Part shown: piece after piece, positions 35,563 through 48,079 of the stretch
Layout of the letters: every line of letters begins with the position of its first letter
How positions within the stretch are numbered: the first letter of the stretch is position 1
NCBI RefSeq assembly: GCF_000143415.4
Contig: NW_003314340.1
Coordinates: 317,951-381,950, forward strand
Length of the DNA: 64,000 bases
Direction: 5' to 3'
Source of the DNA: Selaginella moellendorffii
Taxonomy: Eukaryota; Plantae; Lycopodiophyta
The notes under the pieces: model-generated
The model's input: the letters and a program-made list of their open reading frames with translations, nothing else
Told to the model about the DNA's origin: nothing
The model's database searches: none
Program-made: the position numbers and the translations under genes

Positions 35563-37302
35563 TCATCTAAAAAGCTCCTCAAGAGTATCATACAATGGAG
35601 AAGCAGCATTTGGTTGTGGCACGGATCCAAACAAGATATCCTTAGCCGTAACGCAGTTGTCCCCATAAAACGCATTATTCATTGCTTTGCGTGTTGCCAC
35701 AACATTGCCTTCCAGAGAACATCCCAAGAACACACCTGTATATGCAATGCAAAAGCTCGGCTAAAGAGCTCCAAATGTCACGACATACCTCTGCTGCAGC
35801 TATAAGTGTAACAAGCAGCCACACCTCCATCTCCAGTTCGCAAGTCGGCCTCGGCAACACGACCAACAGGTCCGGCAGCAACACTGACTCCCGCTCCAAT
35901 CGACAAATGAACGCGTCCTCCAAAAGCTTTCACTGTTGAATCGTTGCGCAGCACAATGATAAAGTCCGTGAGCTCCCCACCAAACTGAAAAAAAAAAAAC
36001 ACGATCATGGAAGAAAAGCATGAAGAACAGACCAAAGAAAAACAAAAGGAAAGGTCGCTTGCTTTACCTGTAAACCCCATCCCATGCCACACGAAGCAAT
36101 CGCCGAGGGAGCTGACCAAGTGTTGTTCTGGAGACGAGCAACCAGGAGCCCTGTGCCGACCTTGTAAGTAACACCCATGCCGGCTTTCACAACAGTGAGG
36201 ATGGCTAGTCCCTTGGCATTCTTTAGAACCGCTCCTGGTATAGTTCTCTCTGGTGCCAGCCTTCCAGCCTGATCGCTAGAAAAGTCTTGAAAGAAAAGGA
36301 AGTAAGACAGTGCGTACCTTGAGAAAATGCCGGAGTGTATTCGTTGCCTTGTAGATTTCGTGCTCCATGGAGAGTCCCAGAGGACTATTCAGCCACGATC
36401 TCAAGCAGCTAGCGTCCGTGACGTCGTGAGTAGCAGTCTGGAAGGCATGGCTGACTTGAAGAGCAAGCAGCGTCTGCCCCGGTTCCAAGGCGCTTGCACA
36501 AGTGTCACACACTCGCTGAGGCTCCCGGACTCTAAACTTCGATGGCAGCAAGCTCCGCGCACTCGAGCAGCGGCCGCAGAAGATCTGGCCGCAGAACCGG
36601 CAGTGGTGGCGGCCACAGCTGAGAGCCTTGAAGCTGGCGGAGCACTGCATGCACGAGGTGGCGGAGCTGTCCGGGAGCCACTCCGGGGGCTCGGCCTCAA
36701 ACACGGCCTTCATGACTTGGACGTCCTCGAGGAAGCTCGTCATTGCGTAGAGGCTCTGCTTCCTCCGGCTTTTCTTTGCTTCGCTTCTCCGGTCCGCCAC
36801 CATCTTTCTCATTGTGGTGAAGAGCGCGCCGAGCTTCTTGTCCGGCGAGACGCTCACGCGGTCGCATCCATTCTCGTAGAGACCCTTCTCGTAATCGTCG
36901 ATGTCCATGGGCGGCACGGACACCGGCACCCATTCCTCGATCTCTTTGCAGAGGGGGCACAGTAATGGATGCGAGGAAAACGTTTGAGCCTGCCAGAAAC
37001 ATACATCACTGATCACTCTAGTGGACAATTCTCTCGAAAGAATCAAAAGAACTCACCTTTTTCAAGCATTCCAGGCACAAGCTATGCCCGCAAGAGAGCG
37101 AGACCGGCCCTCCCCACATCACAAGGGATTCCTTACAAACCGCGCAATTTGGGGGAAATCTCTCGTACCCCGCCGCCATCGGATCATCGTCCTCCTCCTC
37201 GTCATACACAGGCATCGCGGCAAAAAGATCCTCCGCTTGGTCGCATTGCCGATCCACCGGCGCCGCTGATGGGCGCCGGGAATCCATCCAGCCCAGCTCC
37301 AT
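35563..37302 (-). CDS. RING-FYVE-SYLF (Ysc84) domain protein, multi-exon
   Basis: RING CAVC..CGHSLCLEC..CPLC; FYVE WLPD..CMQC..RHHCRFCG..RVCDTC; SYLF GTGLLVARL..WSAPSAI, GGELTDFIIVL, AAGPVGR. Last exon SLEGNVVATR..YDTLEELFR with stop at 35563. Confidence 0.93.
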
Positions 37303-37384
37303 TCAAGAACCCTAAACTCCCGCCAAGAGCCCTAAAATTCCTTTTGAGTTTTATTTTAGGTATGCCCTGTTTGGGCATGAATGA

Positions 37385-39205
37385 ATGCTCGGGCGATGGC
37401 GCCACGCTGCCGCGCGCCGCCGGATTCTCCATACCAGCGCGGCCGCCAGGTACTTCCTCTCGACAGCGATCTCCGATCAGAGCTCGCTGGAGGAGCTGGA
37501 AGCCCTGATTTCCAAGCTGGAGCGCGGCGAGGCAAATGCAACGCTGGAGGAGTACGCCGCGCTGCTCAAGCACTGCGCCAACGCGAAATCTCTGCTGCTC
37601 GGCTGCCGCGTCCACGAGAATCTAGCAAGCAATGGCCACATCCCGGGCAGGTACCTGCGAAATCTCATCATCGAGATGTATGGCAAATGCGGCAGCCCCG
37701 GCAAAGCTCTGGCAGTCTTCCAGACGATCCTCAACCCCAACGTCTTCTCCTACACGATGCTCCTCCTCGCCTATGGCCAGAATAGGATGGAGAAGGAGGC
37801 GCTGGAAGCTTTCAAGCTCATGGATCTGGATGGCGTTTTTCCCAGCGAGGTAACTTTCATGAACGCGCTAGCAGTGTGCTCGAGGCTGGGAAATCTCCGC
37901 GACGCGAGAGCTCTCCACTGCTGCCTGGTTGGAAGTGGGATGGAAGAGAGCGTCGTGCTCCAGACCGCCGTGTGTAGCATGTACACTGGATGCTCGCGGC
38001 TCGACCTCGCAAAGCAAGTCTTCAACCAGATGGTGGAGAGGTCTGTAGTGACTTGGAATGCGATGCTCACGGCTTACGCTCGTAATGGTCTAGGCAGGGA
38101 AGCGATGGAGCTCTTCTGGAGGATGGAGCAGGATGGATCCAAGGCGGACCACGTAACTTTCCTGTGCTTGATCGAGATCAGCGAGGTGCTGGGCGATCTA
38201 GAACAGGTACCGAGAGTCCAGCAGCGTGTTCACGAGATGGGATATGACTCGACTCTCTCTGTCCAGACGTGTATCCTCAGCTTCTACGGCAAGCACGGCA
38301 ACATCCGCGACGCGAGAAGCTTGTTTGAGGCACTGGAGACCAGGAACTCCGTGTGCTGGAACGCGATAATTGGGATCTACGCGCAGCACGGGTTTGGAGA
38401 AGAGGCTATGGCGCTCTACCAGAGGATGAAGGCCGAGAAGGTGGTGAAGCCGGACGAGGTTACTTTCATCAACGTTCTCAACGCCTGTGCCAACCTCGGG
38501 GAGCTGAGAATCGGGAAGATGGTGCACGAGGACATCTCCTACCATGGCCTGGACGGAGATATCATCCTTCTCAACGCGCTGCTTAACATGTATGGACGGT
38601 GTGGAAGCTTGAAGCTGGCGAGAGAGGTCTTCGACAGTATGAGCCCGAGGATTGGGAGCTCCTGGACGGTGATGATGACGCAGTACGCGGAGCACGGGCA
38701 GGGACTGGTTGCTCTCGACTTGTTCCGGGACATGCACATCGAGGGCCTCAAGATGGACGACATAACTTTCGTCATCATCCTCTCGGTTTGCAGCCATCTT
38801 GGGCTTCTCCGCGAGGGACGAGATCTGTTCGTGTCTCTCCAGCAGGACTTTGGCATCCATTACCTGAGCGAGCACTATGGCTGCGTCGTGGATCTGCTCG
38901 CTCGTGCCGGGATGCTGGATGTGGCCGAGGAGTTTTTGGAGCGGCTTCCTGCGACGCAGTTCTCTCCGGTTCACTGGACGTCGCTGCTCACCTCTTGCCG
39001 AGCTCACGGCGATGTGGAGCGAGGGACGAGAGCTGCTATGCTGCTGTTTGAGCTGGATCCCCAAGACAGTGGAACGTACGCCATCCTGGAGCAGCTGTAC
39101 ACGAACACTGGCCGGTGGGACGATCTGGCCGAGCTGGCGAAGATTATGCGAGCCAGGGGAATACGCTTGCGAGCTCCTCCAGTGGAAGAAGACCTTTTCG
39201 GCTAA
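37385..39205 (+). CDS. PLS-class pentatricopeptide repeat protein with E domain, 606 aa
   Basis: Repeated MYGKCG/WNAM/TF..L.AC motifs; HYGCVVDLLARAG and WTSLLTSCRAHG E-domain; no DYW. Confidence 0.95.
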   Translation: MLGRWRHAAARRRILHTSAAARYFLSTAISDQSSLEELEALISKLERGEANATLEEYAALLKHCANAKSLLLGCRVHENLASNGHIPGRYLRNLIIEMYGKCGSPGKALAVFQTILNPNVFSYTMLLLAYGQNRMEKEALEAFKLMDLDGVFPSEVTFMNALAVCSRLGNLRDARALHCCLVGSGMEESVVLQTAVCSMYTGCSRLDLAKQVFNQMVERSVVTWNAMLTAYARNGLGREAMELFWRMEQDGSKADHVTFLCLIEISEVLGDLEQVPRVQQRVHEMGYDSTLSVQTCILSFYGKHGNIRDARSLFEALETRNSVCWNAIIGIYAQHGFGEEAMALYQRMKAEKVVKPDEVTFINVLNACANLGELRIGKMVHEDISYHGLDGDIILLNALLNMYGRCGSLKLAREVFDSMSPRIGSSWTVMMTQYAEHGQGLVALDLFRDMHIEGLKMDDITFVIILSVCSHLGLLREGRDLFVSLQQDFGIHYLSEHYGCVVDLLARAGMLDVAEEFLERLPATQFSPVHWTSLLTSCRAHGDVERGTRAAMLLFELDPQDSGTYAILEQLYTNTGRWDDLAELAKIMRARGIRLRAPPVEEDLFG

Positions 39206-39306
39206 AGCTCGGTTCGTGGTTAGTTTCTTTGTTCTCGTCCAACTAATCAGGATAGTTTTTCCAGGTTGCTTGGAACTGGCCTGCATGGAAGTTGTGCAAT
39301 GAGCAG

Positions 39307-41768
39307 ATGAGAGCGGTGCACTGCACAACAAAGTGGATCAACAAACAAAGAAGGTTCTCGGCACTAGTGCAAGAGCTCCACCAGCTTGTCCACGAGCTAG
39401 AGCAATCCAGGACTGTTCCCAGCGAGTCAGTTTACATCGATCTCTTGATACGTTGCGGGGAGGCAAACGCAGCTGCCGAAGGGAGGCGAGTGTTTGCCCA
39501 GTACGCACTCGCAGAAAATGGCAAGTCATCGACGAGGCTTCGAAACCGCTACATCAGCATGCTGGGAAAGTGTGGCTGCACCGAAGAAGCCCGGCGAGAG
39601 TTTGACAGCATTGAGGACAAGGATGCTTTCTCCTGGAACATCATGATAACGGCTTATGCCCAGTCCGGGCATAACTTCCAGGCACTGGGTCTCTTGTGGG
39701 TGATGGACTTGGAAGGCAAGAAGCCAAGCTACATTACTTTCATCTCGATCCTTCGGGCCTGTAGCTGTGAAGAGCTCATAGCTCATGGGATCCGAGTTTA
39801 CAATCGGGCAGTTGCGGAGGGACTGGAGTCTCACGTCAGGCTGGCTACCGCTGCTCAGAGCATGTTTGGGAGATGTGGGATGGTTCAAGACGCCAGGAGA
39901 CTGTTCGAAGCCGTCGAAGTGAGGGATATCATAGCCTGGAACTCGATGATCTCGGCCTATGCTCAGTGCGGTCACCTCGACGAAGTTGTGCTGCTGTTTA
40001 GAAGGATGGGACTGGAGGGTGAGAAAGCTTCCAAGGCAACGTTGGTCAGTGTGCTGGATGCTTGCACAAGAAAGAAGAACTTGGCAATGGGTCGGCTGGT
40101 ACATCGCTGTGTTTCCGAGAGCAAGCTGGCACAAGATGTTATGGTGGCGACGTGCTTGGTTAGCATGTATGGGAAATGCGGTAGCTTTCGAGACGCCATG
40201 TCCGCTTTCCAGAGCTTGTGCTCTCCGGATTTGGTTGCCTGGAACGCGATCATACAGGCTTGCAGCGAGCACGAGAAACACAGGGAGGCGTTTCAGATGT
40301 TTGCGAAGCTGGATTGCGAAGGCCACACACCGAGCGAGAGCACCTACATGAGTATAATCAACGCGTGCTCGACCTCAGCGGCAGCCTTACATGGAGAAGC
40401 TATCCATGGCCTCCTCGAGTGCTCGAACTCATTCTCCGACCTCGTCAAAGGTGCGCTCGCGAAGATGTACATCAAGTGTGGCAAGCTGGAACAGGCCAGG
40501 TACGTGTTTGAGCAGCAAAGTTTCAAGGATTTGATCTCGTGGACGTCAATGATCGTGGCTTATGCGCAGAATGGAGACGATGCTCAAGCGATGCTTATGT
40601 TTCACAGGCTTGACTTGGAAGGCTTCAAGCCGGATCGGGTGACTTTTCTCGGTGCTCTAGACGGCTGCTCGAGTCTAGCGGAAGGGAAGCAGCTCCACGC
40701 TCGTCTTTTGGAAACGGTTCACGTCACGGACATGCAAGCTACAGCTCTCATTTGCATGTATGCAAAGTGTGGGAGCTTTGAGGATGCCAGGGAAGTCTTC
40801 GAGAGGATGAGCAGCAAAACCAACACCTCTGCCTGGACTGCCATGACCGCAACGTGTTCCCAGCACGGGAAGCACAAAGAGGCAGTGCAAACATTCCAGC
40901 AGATGGAGCTGGAAGGTTTGAGAGCCAACGAGATCACCTTCATCAGCGTTCTCGACGCTTGTGCCAGCGCTTCAAATCTAAAGCAGGGAAGACTGATCCA
41001 CCAGAGGCTAGTTTCCAGCGGCTACTCGGCTGACGAGTTTATCGGCAACTCCATCGTCAACATGTACGGGAGGTGCGGGAGCCTGAAAGAAGCGAGAGGA
41101 GAGTTTGAGGTGATGCCCGTGAAGACCATGGTTACCTGGAGCACAGTCGTCGGTGCTTACGCTCAGCACGGCCACATCGAGGAGGCAAAGCAGCTCTTTT
41201 TCCTCATGCAGCTGGATGGCTTCGACCCCGACGACGCGATCTTTGTAAGCGTGCTCTCGGCTTGTAGCCACGCAGGACTAGTCGAAGAGAGCAGGAGTTT
41301 GTTCATCTCCATGGCTGGTAAGTTGTGCTTCGTTCTTGTCTCTTCCAGAGTGACTGGTTTTGCTTTCTTTGTATAGGGGACTATGGAGTTAGCTTTGGAA
41401 ACGAGCACTATGGTTGCTTCCTCGACGTTCTGGGAAGAGCAGGACGTTTGGAGGACGCCGAGGATATGATTTGCAACATGCCGTTCGAGCCGAGTGGAGC
41501 ACAGTGGCTGAGCCTCATGTGTGCCTGCAAAACGCACAGCGACATCGCTCGAGCACTGCGGGTGACAAACCACATCAACCATTTCGCTCCAGACAAGAAG
41601 ACGCAGTCGTGCATGCTCCTGTCCAACACGTACGCTGCCTGGGGGCTATGGGCCGACGCCGAGAGGGTCCGTGCCATCGGCCTTGCTACTCGGGCAGGAG
41701 ACGAGAGAGCGCTCGAAGAGTTTTTCGAGGAACTCGAACTCGAACAAGAAGCAGCTGCCGAGACATGA
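39307..41768 (+). CDS. PLS-class PPR protein with E domain, one intron (41318-41376)
   Basis: PPR repeats across the 694-aa ORF. A phase-1 GT-AG intron joins SMAG to DYGVSFGNEHYGCFLDVLGRAG. Confidence 0.92.
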
Positions 41769-41777
41769 TGACAAGTT

Positions 41778-42060
41778 TCATGACTTCTCCATTGCGAGAA
41801 CAATGCCAGGGAGCTGCTGCGCTCCAAATTCTCTCGACAGCATCGTCGACCCGGGAAAAGAAACGGTGACGTAGGTGTTGTAGAACTCCCGGAGATGGGT
41901 GACGCGGCCATCCTTGGCGGTCCAGATGTGAACCCAGTAGCTCGCCACCTCGGCCCTCGACCACTGTCGCCACCACCGACGGCGTTTGACGTTCCAGACC
42001 TCTGAGGTGTCAAAACTATATAGCCGTGGACGTAGATCCAAAAGCGCATCACGTAAAGTT
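41778..42060 (-). pseudogene. Wound-induced protein WI12/SAG20 (SnoaL-like) relic, frameshifted
   Basis: SYWVHIWTAKDGRVTHLREFYNTYVTV..LPGIVLAM matches the WI12 pattern. The preceding TVVEG lies in another frame. Confidence 0.6.
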
Positions 42061-42449
42061 GTCACGCGATCTTGATCAAACCTCGGCGAGCAGGACTTTT
42101 GGTACAGATATGGAAATTTCTCCTCTGCTCCTCAAAAGCCGTGAAAAGTTCTAAGACTTGGAGAAAGAACAGCTGCTTGTCGTTTACTTGACACGCTCAA
42201 AGCTGCCTCACATTGTTTATCTTCAGAAGCTAATCGCCTGGAGAAGGTTGTTACAGACGAAACCAAAACTTACTTATCGAGATGGAACTAGACTTGCCTG
42301 CTTGCATACATTCGATCAGTTTTCGAAAACGAAGCTTGGTCATACCTGGGATCTCATGACGTAACTTGTGATCACGCGATCTCGATCGTCAAGACTTTTT
42401 CCAGATCTTCCGCCTGTTGTCTCTTGCGTAATGTTTAAAAACTCTCTTA

Positions 42450-44835
42450 TCAAAACTTGGAAAACTGCCGCTTGTCGTCTTCGCCTCGTTTCCCGTAAGG
42501 ATTACTTGCGCCAAACTTGTGCCCGGAACTCTTTCTCTCCTTGCCTTGTTTGCGAAACTTGGCGGCGCTGCTATCGATGCTGAGATTGTTTATCTTTGGT
42601 GGACAGCTAAAGCCAAAGGACGCTGCGACTGCCTGCAAAGTTTTGCAAACGAGCACTTACGTGCACAACAGAGAAAGCTTTAGAAAAAAATACCTGTAAG
42701 TCAAGCCTGTGGACGTTGAAGGCATCTTTCATGGCATGCGAATTGTACGCCATGATATACGACCTGTATGCGTCGCGCGCTGACCTGTGAAGATTATAAT
42801 TTTTGCCTATCAGGTTTTCCTGCCAAGAAGTTTGAACATATAGGTTAAAATCCATCTTTTCCATCGTCTTCTTACCAGCTGCGATTGCACATTCGCGATC
42901 TTATTTTCTGGAAACATGTATTCATTTAGAGGGACCTTCGCCATCTGAAACACAACAGAGATTCTAGATGAATGCACGCAGGAAGATCAATATCTCACCG
43001 TGAGATAACGTTTAAATCCCAGCTCCTCTGGGGTTAGAAACAGTAAAGCTCGTCCACGACCGCTCTCACCTCTCGCAGTACGACCAACTCTGTGAATATA
43101 TTCCTGGCGTAAAAACAATTTAGAGAAGAAAAAAGTTAACGCTCGTTTACCTTTGGATCATCCGGAGGGTCGTATTGGATAATCCAGTCCTGCAGGAGAG
43201 ATTGAATACAGACAATTACAGGAAGGTTTTGGAAAAACTTACCACAGCCGGTATATCAAGGCCACGAGCAGCAACATCGGTACAAAGAAGTATACCCTTC
43301 TCCGCATTGCAGAACTCAAAGTACGTATTAGTGCGCTTTTGTTGCTTTTGTTTGCCATGAATATCAAGGCATGGTATATCGATGAAGTTTAGAAGTTCCC
43401 CGTGGAATTTCACTGAATTGCAAGAGGAAAAGAACACCATAACCTGCAAAATAAATGGCTAAGTGATGTGTTCCGTTTAGTCCAAAGAATACCTTTTTCT
43501 TGAGGTTCTTTTTCAAGAACGTAAACAGAAGAAGGAACCGCTTGTCGGTCTTCACAACACAGTAGCCCTGTTCCAAGCCTTCTACTGTAGCCTGTAAAGA
43601 GTGACCTTTCAGGACTTCTTTAACAACATGAGTTTAATACCTTGCTTCTCTCATCGTCCACTCCGATGTATATAGGAGCTTTCTTGAAAGAAAGTTTGGC
43701 CAAGTCTTCCACCTAAGCTTCCAAGAAATACAGATTAGAATCTTCTTAGCTGTTATGGCTACTTACTTTTGTCGTTTGAGTGGCAGAAAAAAGGACAGTT
43801 TGTCGCTCCTGCATGAAATTCTTGTGACACCCAAAGATACAGTACCCATGCTTACTTTCGGTAGGAGCTTGATGATCTGTTTCATATCCTCCTCAAAGCC
43901 AATTTCCAAGATGCGATCTGCCTCGTCAATCACAAGGCACTGACAGAAAAGTAAGAGAGAATACCACATAGTAATAAAAAAAAAAACTAACCTGCAAATT
44001 CTTGAACAGAAAACCCTTCGTGTTTTGAAGATGATCCAGAAGCCTTCCTGGAGTAGAAACGAGTAGATTCACTCCTTTCTTCAACGCTTCTGCCTCTACG
44101 TTTCGTTTCACTCCTCCCATAACAATCCCGTGGGTTTGGCTATGGTGTTTCATCAACTTCCTCGCAACTCCATATATCTATCCAGAAAAAAAGCTTTAGA
44201 AACCCGTAAGAAAGCTGGAAGAATCCTTACTTGCATCGCCAGCTCTCTCGTAGGAGATATGATCAAAACGCCAGTTCCATTCCGTGGCATGAAACGAGCA
44301 TGGTAGAGTAGCTCCACAGCCGGAACCAGAAAAGCAAGCGTTTTGCCGGAGCCAGTCCTTGCGGCTCCGAGAACATCTCGTCCCTTGAGCAGCTCTGGGA
44401 TTGATCTCGATTGAATCTACAAAAGAAAAAGCTTTGTCGCTAAGGAAGCAAGAAAAAGAAGAGAAAAAAGACCTCAGTCATGTTCGTGAACCCGATCTCT
44501 GCAATCGCATTCTTCGTAGGCTCCGACAGTGGCAGCGCTCCAAAGTTCATGCTGCTCATCATACCATTCACAAGCACAGTGCCTTCCACCACCTCCGGAT
44601 CCTTCGCAACCTCCTCCGGCTCCAAATCCCTCTCATCCTCCTCAACCTCCTCTCCAATTCCCTCCCCATTTTCCTTCTCAATTCCAGGCTCTAGAATCCC
44701 GCCCTGCTCCTCCTGTCCCTTCTTCCTCTTCCTCACCCTCTTCCTCGACGCATTCTCCCGCGTACCTGCAATCTTCGTCTCGATCCTCTTGAACGCTCCC
44801 TTCCTCGTCTTGAGCACCTTGGGCGCGCCCGCCAT
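42450..44835 (-). CDS. HAS1: DEAD-box RNA helicase, HAS1/DDX18 (plant RH27/RH51) type, multi-exon
   Basis: Q motif [99 protein letters not shown]. Confidence 0.95.
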
Positions 44836-46327
44836 CGCCAAAAAGCCCTAGGGCGAAAAACCCCAGACAAGATCCCAGCCGTGGATCCCCGCCAGCGATC
44901 CAACGCCCCACAACAGCCGCAAGGGTAAGGAGGCGGCGAGGCGGAGCCGATAAGAGCGCTGACGTCAGCTCGCAATCGCGCCGCGTGTATTTTCCCACTG
45001 GTTGGGAACTACGCGGCGCCGCGACCCTTTGGCTTCGTGCAGGGCCACCGGGCAGCCAACGTGTCCCGCTGCCCGATGCCCCCGCTGCCCGCGGCAGTAC
45101 TGCCCGTACGGACAGCGGTCCATTTAATAAATCAGTGTGTGGTCGGTGGCGCAACTCAACGTATTCAGTACACAAGACCCTCCAATGTGACACGCTGACG
45201 CTACACATTCACGTTTCTTCCTCCGGGGTGGTAAAAATCGGCCATGATAGACAACAGCGGCACTGCATGCAACACGTGGCCTCGCAAAAGGTGGTGGAGC
45301 GTCTCTCTCTCTCTCTCTTTTCTAGGTTTAATACGCGCGAGTGCAACGTGTGTGATTTCTTTCCACCCCCGATACCAAACCGCCAACCTCACAACTCTCC
45401 CTTCATACATTTCTATCAAGCACTGTAATTGATCAACTGATGGATCAATTCTAAGCTTGGTGGTGGGGCGTTAACGCCTCGCAATTACGAGTGGCCAAGA
45501 TTCCATTCCCACGAGTTCCACCGTTTCCCGGAAGGGCTTTTGGGCATAGCAAAGAGGCAAATAAAATAATACCCCCTTACAAAGTAAAAGGAAAAAAAGG
45601 AGGGAGGGGGCCACAAAATGCACAAGCACTGCACCGGAATATTTTCTAGATGCACGACCCCTCCACGATTCCAGGGAATTGGGCCAGGGCTGAAATTTCC
45701 CCTCGTACGACACGTGGGTACGGGCACCGGGCAGCGGGCAGCCCGGGCAGGGCGGGCAGCGGGCAGCACCCCCTCTCCCATTTGAAGGGCCAAAGAGAAA
45801 GACGAGGAAGAAGAAGCTGTGTGCGCTGTGAGAGCTATCCCTCTCCTCGGCTATGGTGGCTTGTCTTTCTCTCCCTTGTTTGTGAGCTCTCCCCCGTCGC
45901 TTCCTCTGTTTTGTTGCGAGCGCCGCGACGATCGATAGAGGATCCTCCGCAAATATCCCATTTGGGCTCTCGATCGATCCAATCCCCCCTCTTTTCCATG
46001 CAAGGAATGCGAAGCGGGAGTGTCTAGTTTCTTGGTAGATCGATCGCCGCCGCCACCGCCACCGCTGATTGCGTGGAATGCACGCCATCTGAGAGAATCG
46101 AAGCTGCAAGAGGAGCCAAGAGGAGGAGAAGGAGCTTGGAGAGGAGGAAATTCTTTCGCTCACAAGGTATGGATCGGTTGATTAGCTCCAAAGATCGAGC
46201 ATCGGGAGCTCCGGCTCGTCGATTTGTTTGGTTGATAAGAAAGAATATATGAGGATCCATTGGCCTGATCCTTTGTGTGGTTTTTTTGGTTGTTTTTGTT
46301 CTTGGGCAGTGATTCGAGGAGGAGACG

Positions 46328-47414
46328 ATGAGCTGCAATGGATGCCGAGTTCTTCGCAAAGGATGTAGCGATAGCTGCATTCTCCGGCCTTGCTTGCAGT
46401 GGATCGAAGGCCCCGAGGCGCAAGGCCACGCTACTGTCTTCGTCGCGAAGTTTTTCGGCCGCGCGGGTCTCATGAACTTCATTAGCGCTGTTCCAGAGAA
46501 TCAAAGGCCAGGTAAGCTTGGCCGCCACCATGGTTTCCAGTTTCTAGCTTTGAATCACCGTTCTCCTTGGGTCCTTGGTTTCTAGCTCTCTTTGGTTTCT
46601 AGCCTTGGTCGTAGTTTCTAGCTTGAATCACAGCTGCTTGGTTTCTAGCTCTGATCTTCTCCTTGGTTTCTAGCTTTCTCATCTCGTGTTCTTCTTTCGT
46701 GCAGCTCTTTTCCAGTCTTTGCTGTACGAGGCTTGCGGAAGAACCGTGAATCCGGTGTTTGGAGCGGTGGGATTGCTCTGGTCTGGAAGCTGGCACGTTT
46801 GTCAAGCGGCGGTGGAGACGGTCCTCAAAGGTGGGTCTCTCCAGGCCCTCAAGCAGCCGGGATCAAGCTCCATGAGCGGCGCCGCCACCACCGCCGCCGC
46901 CGCTAACGCTGGTGCCACCACCCTCTTCCACCGCCACCACCACCACCAAACTCCAGGAACCCGGTCGCCAACCTCGGTCCTGGTAGACGCTATGGAATCA
47001 CACAAGCCACTCCAGCAGCCAGGAACTGGAAGATACGTGGAGAGATCGCAGAGACCACTGGAAGTTGGCATCGATCATCGCGAGCAGCAAAGTGGAGTGA
47101 AGCGGGAGTTTGAGATCGTGGCTCCAGTCCCTCGCAGGATCCGTCCGAGGCAGCAGCAGCTACAGGAGGATCGTCATCCAGGTTTGAGCGTTGATGATCA
47201 CCAGGTCTTGGACCTGGATCTCACACTGGGCTCTACTCCAAAGCATCAACACGAGGAAGAGCAGCGAGCTCTGGCGATGGTGGAGACCAAGAGGGTGCAC
47301 AGTCCCTGCCAGTCGATCACGTCCGAGGGATCCGTCACCAGCGTCGACACCGCCGACCTCAAGATCTCTCTCAGGCACGAGCGAGCGGCGCCGGCGAGAT
47401 CATTGTCAACTTAG
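46328..47414 (+). CDS. Class II LOB-domain (LBD37-42-like) transcription factor with EAR motif; intron 46512-46704
   Basis: [40 protein letters not shown]; [28 protein letters not shown]; LDLDLTL. Confidence 0.95.
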
Positions 47415-47573
47415 ATGCGATGCGAGATCTTTCATCCATCATCGTCTAACTTCTCTCCTGCCAGCCTCTCACGCTCGAGCGAGCTACTATCGATCGGAGT
47501 TCCCAGAGTTTGGAGTTTGTTCCACGAAAGTTGGAAGAACGTCACGGCATTACTAATCTTTGCGAGGTTTTCT

Positions 47574-47576
<3 letters not shown>

Positions 47577-47609
<33 letters not shown>
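47577..47609. repeat. (CT)n microsatellite
   Basis: Visible dinucleotide run in the LBD 3' region. Confidence 0.95.
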
Positions 47610-47614
<5 letters not shown>

Positions 47615-48079
47615 TTCAAGGAATAAAAGAGTACATCTCTTGAGTGGAGATTTCGATAGCTCTATCTTTGTGAACTTAAAGATTGAAACATTGAGAGCTA
47701 GAATTTTTTTTCTCTTTCTTTTGCCAGGATCTTATCTTCTCGCGCTAGTCACCGTCGCACTGCTGTGTCTTATCCCTTTGGAAACCTAGCGATAGTTGGA
47801 CGGATTTCTTCGCCTTTTCTACTTTTTTTTTTTTTTTTTTCTTTTGTTTTGGCTCCATTTGAGCTATGGATGAGAACAGCGCAGCTCAAGTTGCAATGTT
47901 CCTGTCACGTTTAACAAGACATCTTCCCGTACGATCTGGAAAGAAAAGAAGTGACAAACAACTTTTAATGGCAGATCTTGGAGCGAGTTCTCTCTTGCAG
48001 TATCGCCAGGTGCCACAACAGCACTGGATCATCGATCTGGAGTTCCTCCAGCTTCCAGATCGCGTCCTCGATCACGAAA

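Noticed and set aside
36327-41582. Long antisense ORFs over the FYVE and PPR genes (e.g. 38198-39331, 39526-40326)
   Set aside because: These are shadow frames of GC-rich coding sequence with no motifs.
44985-46163. ORFs between HAS1 and the LBD gene
   Set aside because: GC-rich promoter and 5'-UTR sequence with no protein-like features.
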